DNA of 32,000 nucleotides from Candidatus Thalassarchaeaceae archaeon (GTDB taxonomy: Archaea; Thermoplasmatota; Poseidoniia; Poseidoniales; Thalassarchaeaceae): NCBI GenBank assembly GCA_045568075.1, contig JBJLBP010000001.1, positions 990,001-1,022,000 of the forward strand. Reading direction: 5' to 3'. A model generated the notes under the pieces. The model saw nothing but the letters and a program-made list of their open reading frames with translations, was not told the origin of the DNA and searched no databases. Within the stretch, counting starts at the first letter, position 1, and each line of letters opens with the position of its first letter. The translations under genes were made by a program, and so were the position numbers. Shown piece after piece: positions 8,193 through 16,339 of the stretch.

Positions 8193-9127
8193 GTGCACCT
8201 TCCACCGGAGGCGCGAGCCGAGATGGGTATGGTGCCGCCCTCCTCGATATAGCCTCGGACCCACGCGTAGTGGTCCTTGAGGCTGATCTTGGAAAATCCA
8301 CAAAGTCCTGCCTCTTCCGAGAAGAATATCCTGAGAGGACGATATCACTAGGCATCGCAGAACAGAATATGATGCTAGTAGCTGCTGGACTAGCATCTTG
8401 TGGTAAAGTGCCGTTTGCAAGTACATTTGCAATCTTCTCAGAGCGTGCATTCGAACAAGTGCGTAATGGGATTGCTAGACCTGGTCTCACAGTCCACATA
8501 TGCGGAAGTCATGGTGGGATTCACACCGGTACCGACGGTTCAAGCGCACAATCAATCGAAGATCTCGCTTTGTACCGTACAATCCCTGGTATGACAGTCA
8601 TGCATCCTTGTGACGACCTCTCTGCCCGCCACTTAACAGCAGCATTACTCAATCATGATTCGCCATCTTACACCCGTACAGCACGTAATAAAACTCCAAG
8701 GATGTATGATGATGAAACAGTAAACTCTCTTGAAATTGGAAAGGGGTCTGTTCTACGCTCAGGTAGTAATGTAGCAATCATCGCTAACGGTGTAATGGTT
8801 CACAAAGCAATGAGTGCAGCAGAAGAGCTCTCAACGCGTGGGATCGATGCAACAGTTGTAGACATGCACACATTGAAGCCACTAGATACAGAACTTCTCG
8901 ACCGTTTAGCCATCGAATGCTCAGGCATAGTTACCGTGGAAGATCACTCAGTGATTGCTGGACTGGGTTCATCAGTCGCCGAACATCTCTCACAGACCAA
9001 TCCAACCAAAATCAAAATGCTTGGAGTCCAGGATCATTTTGGTGAGAGCGGTGGTAGTGAGGAATTGTTGGAAAAGGTAGGACTTACCCGCGAAGCAATC
9101 ATCGCCGCGAGTGAATCTTTAGTCTGA
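8189..9127 (+). CDS. tkt: Transketolase, C-terminal (pyrimidine-binding plus C-terminal domain) subunit
   Basis: GIAEQNMMLVAAGLA, SHGGIHTGTDGSSAQSIEDLALYR and VVDMHTLKPLD are present. This is the split tkt arrangement common in archaea. Confidence 0.9.
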   Translation: MSAPSTGGASRDGYGAALLDIASDPRVVVLEADLGKSTKSCLFREEYPERTISLGIAEQNMMLVAAGLASCGKVPFASTFAIFSERAFEQVRNGIARPGLTVHICGSHGGIHTGTDGSSAQSIEDLALYRTIPGMTVMHPCDDLSARHLTAALLNHDSPSYTRTARNKTPRMYDDETVNSLEIGKGSVLRSGSNVAIIANGVMVHKAMSAAEELSTRGIDATVVDMHTLKPLDTELLDRLAIECSGIVTVEDHSVIAGLGSSVAEHLSQTNPTKIKMLGVQDHFGESGGSEELLEKVGLTREAIIAASESLV

Positions 9128-9190
9128 GAACGGACATTCCTACCACATCACGGCGTTTGATTCAAGAACGGCTCATCACGCGGGGCCATC

Positions 9191-9703
9191 GTGGCCCCAT
9201 TAGATGATGTCAAGAGACTCCTAGATGGGACTGTTGATCCGGATGCTTTGGAAGCAAATCCAGAACTCTACGATATGGCTGAAACAATCTATGGCAGAGA
9301 TACACTCGATCATCTCGGAGTCGAGGCCCCTGAAAGACCAAGTGATTCTATCGTCCAACCAAATGGAGATTCAAAGCACGAGGTTGAAATGCCACTCCCT
9401 GATTTACCACTCCCTCCTGTTCCTGAAGTAATTGAGGGTAAGCGTTCATGGGTCATTTTCTCTGTTACAACCATCCTATTTGCGTTGTTGATGGTAAATG
9501 TCACAGTGGGTTTTGGCTCGGTGGTGCCACTTTGTGACTCGCCAGATTCGGAAACGCTCTGTGAGGATAAATTGACTCTGGCTTCAATTGCTGATTACGA
9601 ATCTCCAGATTCTTGGACGGAAACTATGTCCATCAATGTAGTAGATGGTGTCCTCATCGTTCTGAGCACAGCCTTGATGGCCTATAGCCTCAGAAAGAGA
9701 TGA
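9191..9703 (+). CDS. Hypothetical membrane protein (two predicted TM helices)
   Basis: ORF with an acidic N-terminal region, a LPDLPLPPVPE linker, TM WVIFSVTTILFALLMVNVTVGFG, and a C-terminal TM VVDGVLIVLSTALMAY. The start is a GTG and is uncertain. Confidence 0.5.
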   Translation: MAPLDDVKRLLDGTVDPDALEANPELYDMAETIYGRDTLDHLGVEAPERPSDSIVQPNGDSKHEVEMPLPDLPLPPVPEVIEGKRSWVIFSVTTILFALLMVNVTVGFGSVVPLCDSPDSETLCEDKLTLASIADYESPDSWTETMSINVVDGVLIVLSTALMAYSLRKR

Positions 9704-9706
9704 TGC

Positions 9707-11227
9707 TCAATACATCCGGGCCAAATGCTGGCGTCGTGTCGTCATTCGTCCCGTGACGGCACATGGACGAGGTTCAGTGAATGGTTCGATACTATCACCT
9801 AGGAATGTAAGGCCAGAAGCACGTTCAAGGATCTCTGCATCTGAATCATTTCCATCAAATGCGAATTCGTAGACCTTACCATCCTCAAGCTCACTATTGA
9901 GTTGCCAACCGTCATCTGTCTGAGTAATGCCAGGGAATGGGATTACGAAGTGAGACATGTGTGCTGTAGAACGGACACGTAATTCGCTTTCAGTTCGGAT
10001 CAAAGCATCGGCTACGACATTGATTAATTCACTTGAATCGTGAAATTCCTTGCCACCAGTACGCATACTCATGACGAACTTTCCTGATTTGATATCGCGA
10101 GGACCAAGTTCGAGTCGAAGTGGAACTCCCTTAATCTCCCAATCATAGTGCTTAGCGCCGGGCCTAATATCTCGATTATCGACCTTTACTCGGTATCCGG
10201 CGGCCTTCAATTGAGTAGCCATCTTTTCGATAGTCGGGATGACTGACTGATCTAAATGTGCGGCTACGGGCATCAGGACAACTTGAATGGGTGCAATCTT
10301 TGGAGGGAAAATAAGCCCTGCATCATCTCCATGCATGCCGACAACTGCACCCAACATTCGCTCCGACATCCCGAAGGTGGTCTGATGGCAATATTGGGTT
10401 TGACCATTAGTATCTTCATACTTCAAGTCGAATGCCTTAGCCCACTGATCTTTGTAATGATGGTAAGTAGCCACTTGCAAAGTGCGACCATTAGGCATTA
10501 CAACATCAACTGCTGTCGAGTACCAAGCACCAGGAAAAGTATCCCAGACCGGGCGCTTTGAAACAATAGCAGGGAAGCACAAATCATGCAATAGGTTCTG
10601 AACAATCTCAGCGTCTTGAGCAATCTGTGCATCAGCCCCGGCCTGATCTTTGTGAGCGGTATGAGCTTCAAAGAAATGTATCTCTCGAACACGTATGAAT
10701 GAACGTGTTTGTTTAGTCTCATAACGGAAAGTGTTGACGATTTGGAATGTTTTGAGTGGAAGGTCGCCGTGTGAACGAACCCAAAGTGGGAACATTGTGT
10801 ACATCGGAGTCTCACTGGTCGGTCGCAAAAACATCGGCACATCGAGTTCGTTTTCGCCGGCGTGTTTGACCCAGTACACCTCTTTCTTGAAGCCGCCTTC
10901 TTCCTCATCCAAACGAAGTTCAGAAGGATCTACACCCTCTTCACGTGCTTTTTTCAGCAAAGAAACTAACCGATTCTCCTTGTCCAAAAGATCCTCTGGG
11001 ACCAATAATGGGAAGTTGTACTCCTCGTGATCAGTTCTTTCCATCTCCGCGCGAGTCAGTGTGTCAATCAAGGTCATGGCCTTCCAGCCATAGGGCTTCC
11101 AAACATCCATACCCTTGATCGGATACCTCTTGTCGACAAGGTCGGCAATCTCAACGATAGCCGGGTACCAAGCGTTGAAATCATCCTTCGAAGGGATGCC
11201 ACGCTTGGCCTTGTCATGCTTCGCCAT
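9707..11227 (-). CDS. proS: Prolyl-tRNA synthetase, archaeal/eukaryotic type
   Basis: Class II motifs are present (RPTSET, FRYE, GMHGDDAGLIFPP, an anticodon-binding domain) and the conserved C-terminal Tyr. The start is set at ATG 11227 (MAKHDKAKRG...). The longer ORF to 11389 would overlap coaBC. Confidence 0.9.
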   Translation of the reverse strand: MAKHDKAKRGIPSKDDFNAWYPAIVEIADLVDKRYPIKGMDVWKPYGWKAMTLIDTLTRAEMERTDHEEYNFPLLVPEDLLDKENRLVSLLKKAREEGVDPSELRLDEEEGGFKKEVYWVKHAGENELDVPMFLRPTSETPMYTMFPLWVRSHGDLPLKTFQIVNTFRYETKQTRSFIRVREIHFFEAHTAHKDQAGADAQIAQDAEIVQNLLHDLCFPAIVSKRPVWDTFPGAWYSTAVDVVMPNGRTLQVATYHHYKDQWAKAFDLKYEDTNGQTQYCHQTTFGMSERMLGAVVGMHGDDAGLIFPPKIAPIQVVLMPVAAHLDQSVIPTIEKMATQLKAAGYRVKVDNRDIRPGAKHYDWEIKGVPLRLELGPRDIKSGKFVMSMRTGGKEFHDSSELINVVADALIRTESELRVRSTAHMSHFVIPFPGITQTDDGWQLNSELEDGKVYEFAFDGNDSDAEILERASGLTFLGDSIEPFTEPRPCAVTGRMTTRRQHLARMY

Positions 11228-11279
11228 GAGACTCGTCGCCTGCGAGCGTCGCTTGAATGTGACGCTGTGAGCGGCTTCA

Positions 11280-12464
11280 TTAGCCCTTGATGAGGCGGTT
11301 GATGGCCTCGCACAGTGCACGGTCATCAGAGGCTTCGTCGACGGTTCCATCAGCATGAACGATTCGAGCACGAATCTTATCTGGGTCATTCATCTCTTCC
11401 ATGAGATTGGCAATCACTGCATTGACGCCGTAGCGCTCTATCTGAGCGCTCGCGCGTTCGATTAGTGTAGCAGGTGTAACGTCTGATTCAAGTTTGAATC
11501 CGATACGAGTTGCACCTTCTACGAGGGAAGCTAGTTCTGCTATGTGTTTTGGACCAGGGGTCAAGTCAAGTGACCAATTATCTACTCCACTCGGTTTCTT
11601 GCCGTCCTCTGCCTCTGCATAGTAATCTAGGACGGCTGCAGCGTGAATCCAGACGTTAGGATTAGTATCATTGGCAACTTGTTGGCATACTCTGAGCATT
11701 CCGTCGGGAGTTCCATCACGACGGACATCTGGTAATTCGAAGGATGGATCAGCAGAGGTTTTACCAGCTATACAGATGACATTATGCCCCATTCGATGAA
11801 GGTATTCTGCAATTAACCACCCCGTTCTTCCAGACGAAGCATTCTGAATCGCACGGACTGCGTCAATAGGTGCTCTGTTTGCTCCAAGCGTTATTGCTAC
11901 AGTTTTCGATGATTCAGAAGTATTAGCTAAATGACATACTGCCGCTACGATTGCAACAGGGTCGGGCTGCTTCCTCTTACCTTCCTCGGCATCGTCGACC
12001 AATACTGAGCTTCCCTCTGCTGCCAAGGCATCAAGAAGTTCCTGAGTCACAGGATCATCGAATAGATCTTGATGCATTGATGGAACAAAGCACATCCGGG
12101 CGCCTCGCCCACGTGCTGCAGAAAGTGCCATCATCAGAGGCGAATCCATGATTCCATGGATGTGCTTCGAAATTGTGTTGCGAGTAGCCGGGGCAATGAG
12201 TATAATGTCATGTCCATCTAATTGTGCCATTTCTGGAGACCAACCTTGGTGCACTTCTACATCAGATGCCCATGCAACCGCCAGTGGTGTGACTACCTTG
12301 GTCGCCTCAGAACTCATGATAACGGTCAACTCAGCCTGGTGTCTGCGTAATTCCCTCGCTAGACGAATTGATTCAACTGCTGCAATGCCACCTGTGATGG
12401 CCAGCAATACACGCTTTCCAGCCAATGCATCGCTGTGAACAGCTACACCGGTGTCCTTGGTCAC
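11280..12464 (-). CDS. coaBC: Bifunctional phosphopantothenoylcysteine decarboxylase / phosphopantothenate-cysteine ligase (CoaBC, Dfp)
   Basis: The N-terminal flavoprotein domain has GKRVLLAITGGIAAVE and APATRNTI. The C-terminal DFP domain has a SSGRTG-like nucleotide loop. The start is a GTG. Confidence 0.85.
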   Translation of the reverse strand: MTKDTGVAVHSDALAGKRVLLAITGGIAAVESIRLARELRRHQAELTVIMSSEATKVVTPLAVAWASDVEVHQGWSPEMAQLDGHDIILIAPATRNTISKHIHGIMDSPLMMALSAARGRGARMCFVPSMHQDLFDDPVTQELLDALAAEGSSVLVDDAEEGKRKQPDPVAIVAAVCHLANTSESSKTVAITLGANRAPIDAVRAIQNASSGRTGWLIAEYLHRMGHNVICIAGKTSADPSFELPDVRRDGTPDGMLRVCQQVANDTNPNVWIHAAAVLDYYAEAEDGKKPSGVDNWSLDLTPGPKHIAELASLVEGATRIGFKLESDVTPATLIERASAQIERYGVNAVIANLMEEMNDPDKIRARIVHADGTVDEASDDRALCEAINRLIKG

Positions 12465-12542
12465 GATTCAATCCAAACGGCCGTTGTTCAAGAGTGCGTC
12501 GCCGACCGACTGAGTGATGTAGGCGAGGTTATTGGAGCATCT

Positions 12543-13100
12543 GTGGAGCCCAACCGGTTGGCAGCAATTCATCGCCATCTATTCATCTTCGGTCTCTTAG
12601 ATATCGGGATTTTTATCTTGATAATGATTACAATAGGAAATCTTGGAAACACACTATTCGATGGATTTGCCCTCGGAATATCTGGACTAATTGTGCTATA
12701 TGCAATTGTCACTGCCTATGGGTTTCGGCAAAAAAACCCCAATTCAGACCAGAAATACTCGAATCTACTCCGTTTATTGGCAGTATTCTTCGTGACTGTT
12801 GGTGTGGTTCAAGGATTGTTGTCCATCGCATCAAATCAAATGATTTTACTAATTCAATCAGGACTTTTACTACTATTGGGAAGGGCGACAAATCGGCGTA
12901 TCAAGACACTTCGTCATCCCATGTTCGTGCAATGGTTTTCCCAAGGGTCAGGATCATCATCTGAACTCTCTGGCGAAGAAGTATATGCCTCCTGCCCAAA
13001 TTGTAGTAGTTTACTAGCCGTAATACCTGAAAGATTGTCAATTGAAGATCGCTGCCCAAATTGTGAAGGATTCCTGATATCCATTCAAGAAGAGGAATAA
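12543..13100 (+). CDS. Hypothetical membrane protein with a C-terminal zinc ribbon
   Basis: There are about four hydrophobic helices, then CPNCSSLLAVIPERLSIEDRCPNCEGF. The ORF opens at 12435 but that part overlaps the coaBC start, so I place the start at GTG 12543 (TTG 12558 is also possible). It ends in the acidic tail IQEEE. Confidence 0.5.
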   Translation: MEPNRLAAIHRHLFIFGLLDIGIFILIMITIGNLGNTLFDGFALGISGLIVLYAIVTAYGFRQKNPNSDQKYSNLLRLLAVFFVTVGVVQGLLSIASNQMILLIQSGLLLLLGRATNRRIKTLRHPMFVQWFSQGSGSSSELSGEEVYASCPNCSSLLAVIPERLSIEDRCPNCEGFLISIQEEE

Positions 13101-14234
13101 TCAGTACCGTTCAAGGGCAGTTGCGATGCCCATTCCGCCACCTATACACATGGTCGCAATAGCCTTCTGACCACCGGTTCGCTGTAAGAGTGAAGCGGCT
13201 TTGCATGTGATTCGTGCACCAGAGGCACCTAGTGGATGACCAATCGACATTGCCCCTCCGTCAAGGTTGACTTTTGACATATCAATTCCAAGTTCATCGA
13301 TACACGCCAAGCCTTGGGATGAGAAGGCTTCATTCAATTCAAAAACATCAATGTCTTCTATTGACCATCCTGCTCGCTCAAGACAGAGTCTAGTCGAAGC
13401 AATCGGCCCTAATCCCATGTAATCTGGAGGGCAGCCTGTAACCGCAGCCGAGACAATGGTTGCGATTGGTTGTAAGCCGTGGGAAAGGGCGAATTCCTCA
13501 CTGCAAATAATTGAGAATACTACACCATCGGTTAGTGGGGAAGATGTAGCAGCAGTAACTGACCCATCTTCTTTGAATACCGGGTGGAGGCCTGCCATCG
13601 ATTCTAGGTTGGTTGAAGCCCTGATACAGCCATCCTCATCGATCGAATCACCATCGTGCATAATCTCACACAACTCACCATCGAAGTGCCCTGCTTGCTG
13701 TGCAGCAGCCGATTTCTCGTGTGAGGCTAATGCGAACTCTTCCTGACGAAGTCGAGAAATCCCAAATTTTTCAGCAACATTTTCGGCAGTCATGCCCATG
13801 TTGATGTAAGCTGCAGGATATGAGTCCTCTAAACTAGGGTGTGGCGACCAATTGAAACCGCGCCTTTTGACTCGAGACATGGACTCCATCCCACCAACGA
13901 GGAAACAATCTCCCCAGCCTGCCTGAATGTTTGCAGCAGCCACATGGACTGCTTGCATTGAAGAGCCACACAAACGATTGAATGTAGCACCAGGAACAGT
14001 GTCGGGCAATCCTGCGAGGAATGTTACGAGTCTTCCGACATTGAATCCCTGTTCGCCTTCTGGATATGCGCAACCAAGCAGAAGATCATCAATTTCTTCA
14101 CCAGAAATCCCAGTCCGCTCGAGCAAGGAACGTGCCACCTGTCCAGCCATCTCATCGGGACGCACATCCTTGAGTGCGCCTTTGTGTGCCCGATGGAATG
14201 GGGAACGCATCCAATCGACAATGACTGCCTTCAC
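13101..14234 (-). CDS. Acetyl-CoA acetyltransferase / 3-ketoacyl-CoA thiolase, bacterial FadA/AtoB-like
   Basis: NRLCGSSMQAV (active-site Cys), GGMESMS, NEAFSSQ, GHPLGASGAR and CIGGGMGIA are present. The start is set at GTG 14234 (VKAVIVDWMRSPF). A TATA-like box sits inside the longer ORF. Confidence 0.85.
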   Translation of the reverse strand: MKAVIVDWMRSPFHRAHKGALKDVRPDEMAGQVARSLLERTGISGEEIDDLLLGCAYPEGEQGFNVGRLVTFLAGLPDTVPGATFNRLCGSSMQAVHVAAANIQAGWGDCFLVGGMESMSRVKRRGFNWSPHPSLEDSYPAAYINMGMTAENVAEKFGISRLRQEEFALASHEKSAAAQQAGHFDGELCEIMHDGDSIDEDGCIRASTNLESMAGLHPVFKEDGSVTAATSSPLTDGVVFSIICSEEFALSHGLQPIATIVSAAVTGCPPDYMGLGPIASTRLCLERAGWSIEDIDVFELNEAFSSQGLACIDELGIDMSKVNLDGGAMSIGHPLGASGARITCKAASLLQRTGGQKAIATMCIGGGMGIATALERY

Positions 14235-14268
14235 GCACCAAGCGCCACGCTCTCGCCCAATAACCGTT

Positions 14269-14276
14269 GAGTATAG
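14269..14276 (-). promoter_or_regulatory. TATA-like element CTATACTC upstream of the thiolase gene
   Basis: It lies 42 nt upstream of GTG 14234, inside the divergent thiolase/kptA spacer. Confidence 0.3.
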
Positions 14277-14340
14277 CGCGACCCCGCGCCTATGGACTCG
14301 ACCGGCGGGTTCATGAAAGGGTCTCAATTCGCCGGCCCAT

Positions 14341-15033
14341 ATGATACGTGAATGCACAAACCACGGCTTCTATGCTGACGACCATCTTTGCCCTGCATGC
14401 AACGCAGAAGGACGCTTCATAATGCGCACTGGAGAGCGTAATAGTCTCGCTCGAAGACTAGCGCTCGTTCTACGCCATGCACCCGAAAAGTTCGATCTTG
14501 AGATGGACATCAACGGGTGGATCGATGTCAAGGATATCATACGACAATTCAAGCAAAGTGGAGGGAAGAGATTCCACTGGCTTCGCCCACACCACTTCCG
14601 AGCGATAGTCGAAACTGACCCAAAGGGTCGCTACGAAGTTCGCGGCAATACCATCCGCGCCACCTATGGGCACACAGTTGAGATTGAGCTCGACCTACCC
14701 ACAGATAACATTCCTGACGCTTTGTACTTTCCTTGTGACCCTGAACAAACCGAGAATTTGCTAGAAGTAGGTATCTCACCAGGAAGTCGCGCTCATGTCC
14801 ACCTTTCTGCATCGATTCGATCAGCAGCTGAGGCGGGTCACGTGCACTTCCCCCTACCCACCATCCTCGAAGTCGATACCGCTCAGATGAATGCAGCAGG
14901 CGAGACCATTTGGCACGCTGGAATTACAGTCTATCTGACAGAAAATGTCCCTGCACAATACATTAGCGTCATCGATAACGACAACCCTGAGTACGTTTTA
15001 GCACGTGCACGTTGGGTCGAAGAAGAAGAGTGA
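14341..15033 (+). CDS. kptA: RNA 2'-phosphotransferase KptA/Tpt1 with an N-terminal CxxH...CxxC knuckle
   Basis: LSRRLALVLRHAPEKFDLEMDINGWIDV, RYEVRGNTIRATYGHT and HVHLS match Tpt1 family motifs. The extra N-terminus is MIRECTNHGFYADDHLCPACNAEG. It ends in the acidic tail VEEEE. Confidence 0.85.
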   Translation: MIRECTNHGFYADDHLCPACNAEGRFIMRTGERNSLARRLALVLRHAPEKFDLEMDINGWIDVKDIIRQFKQSGGKRFHWLRPHHFRAIVETDPKGRYEVRGNTIRATYGHTVEIELDLPTDNIPDALYFPCDPEQTENLLEVGISPGSRAHVHLSASIRSAAEAGHVHFPLPTILEVDTAQMNAAGETIWHAGITVYLTENVPAQYISVIDNDNPEYVLARARWVEEEE

Positions 15034-15056
15034 ATTTACTCAATTGGTCTTTGAGA

Positions 15057-15380
15057 TCATTCAAATTTACCACAAAGTGGACAAAATTCCAAGTCTGCAG
15101 CCATCTGTGCATTGCATGAAGAGCAGTGTCCATCAGCACTGACAGTAGAGCGGACTTCACCCTCAGTGACTGCCCTAACTGGAGATTCGCGCATAATGAA
15201 TGGGTCTTCAACGACCAGATGTGCCTCTAGGGATTGCCTGAAATTGATACATTCCTTAATCGCACTCTGCAAACTTGTCATTATTCGATGGCGATCAGCC
15301 TTTGACTCAATCTTCTCAGCATCGGCCAAACGACTCTGCAACCAACGCTGGAATCGCTCCAGCTCGCCATCACTCGTCAT
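15057..15380 (-). CDS. Hypothetical protein with a helical N-terminus and a C-terminal zinc ribbon
   Basis: ATG ORF of 107 aa ending GHCSSCNAQMAADLEFCPLCGKFE. It is convergent with kptA (23-nt gap) and divergent from the IPK gene. Confidence 0.5.
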   Translation of the reverse strand: MTSDGELERFQRWLQSRLADAEKIESKADRHRIMTSLQSAIKECINFRQSLEAHLVVEDPFIMRESPVRAVTEGEVRSTVSADGHCSSCNAQMAADLEFCPLCGKFE

Positions 15381-15461
15381 GAATTTGCGAGGTGACCGGA
15401 GGCAATGAAGGTGACCTATTCCAGATGTCGCTCAGCCGCATAAGCCAAAGAGGCGAGCCAT

Positions 15462-16271
15462 GTGGCGATGATGACAAAGATGGCTCATCTGCTCATCAAA
15501 TTCGGTGGCGGCTTGATAACCGACAAGTCTGCAATGAAGACTGCTGACGTCGACGTTATCACAAATCTTGCGAATTTAACTCAGCAACTCCTCTCTCAAG
15601 GACACGCTATCACAATAGTGCACGGGGCAGGGTCATTTGGTCATCTTAAAGCAAAGAAGTGGAAAATATCTCAAGGTGCTGACCAGGCAATTCTAACTGA
15701 ACAAATCCACGCAGTTGATTCAATTAGGCAAGATATGCTTGAACTAGATTCGATCGTCTGTGAAGCCCTTGAACAACAAAATATCGAGATTCGAAACCTC
15801 CCTCCCTCGCAATGGGCACGTGAAACTGGACCCAACTTCACAGGCTCACTTACACCGATTACTAATTGTCCAAGAGATATTGTCGCAGTCACCTTTGGCG
15901 ATGTAGTGGACTGTGACTTACCGAAGCGGTTCGGAATCCTCTCAGGAGACGATTTGATGGTCCGAATCGCACAAGAATCTCAATCAATCACTCACTGTAT
16001 CTTCCTACTTGGAGACACAGAAGGGCTACTCAGTGCACCGCCTTCTGACCAGTCGGCAGAACTAATCCCAATTTGGAAGCCAAGCCATGAGATTTCTGGA
16101 GTTCATGATTCTACTCTGGATGTAACAGGAGGAATTTTTCTCAAACTTGAGAGTGCAGCAATGATCGCACAAAATGTCGAACAAGTTTGGTTTCTCGATG
16201 GAAGGAAAACCGACCGAGTGTTGCAACTACTGGCTAAAGGCACTACTCGCGGCACGCGAATCATGCTTTGA
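15462..16271 (+). CDS. ipk: Isopentenyl phosphate kinase (amino acid kinase fold)
   Basis: LIKFGGGLITDK and VHGAGSFGH match IPK signatures. Alternative starts exist at ATG 15468, 15471 and 15480. Confidence 0.8.
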   Translation: MAMMTKMAHLLIKFGGGLITDKSAMKTADVDVITNLANLTQQLLSQGHAITIVHGAGSFGHLKAKKWKISQGADQAILTEQIHAVDSIRQDMLELDSIVCEALEQQNIEIRNLPPSQWARETGPNFTGSLTPITNCPRDIVAVTFGDVVDCDLPKRFGILSGDDLMVRIAQESQSITHCIFLLGDTEGLLSAPPSDQSAELIPIWKPSHEISGVHDSTLDVTGGIFLKLESAAMIAQNVEQVWFLDGRKTDRVLQLLAKGTTRGTRIML

Positions 16272-16303
16272 CTCAATCAACGTTCGACTACTGGCCATTC
16301 TGA

Positions 16304-16312
16304 TTATATGGG
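16304..16312 (+). promoter_or_regulatory. TATA-box-like element TTATATGGG upstream of the IDI-GGPPS fusion gene
   Basis: An A/T hexamer followed by GGG, 36 nt upstream of ATG 16340. The identical 9-mer occurs upstream of rps12. Confidence 0.4.
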
Positions 16313-16339
16313 ACTCCCATCCCGAGCGAATTGAGAGAG

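Noticed and set aside
11228-11389. N-terminal extensions of ORF-track entries: proS to 11389, thiolase to 14357, rps12 to 21616, Nudix from 23801, helical protein to 25284, Pcc1-like to 26811, L37Ae to 27127.
   Set aside because: The extensions overlap neighbouring genes or contain the putative TATA boxes, and they lack similarity to the family N-termini. Internal start codons give canonical N-termini (MAKHDK..., VKAVIVDW..., MAKRTQK...) and tidy ATGA or short-gap junctions.
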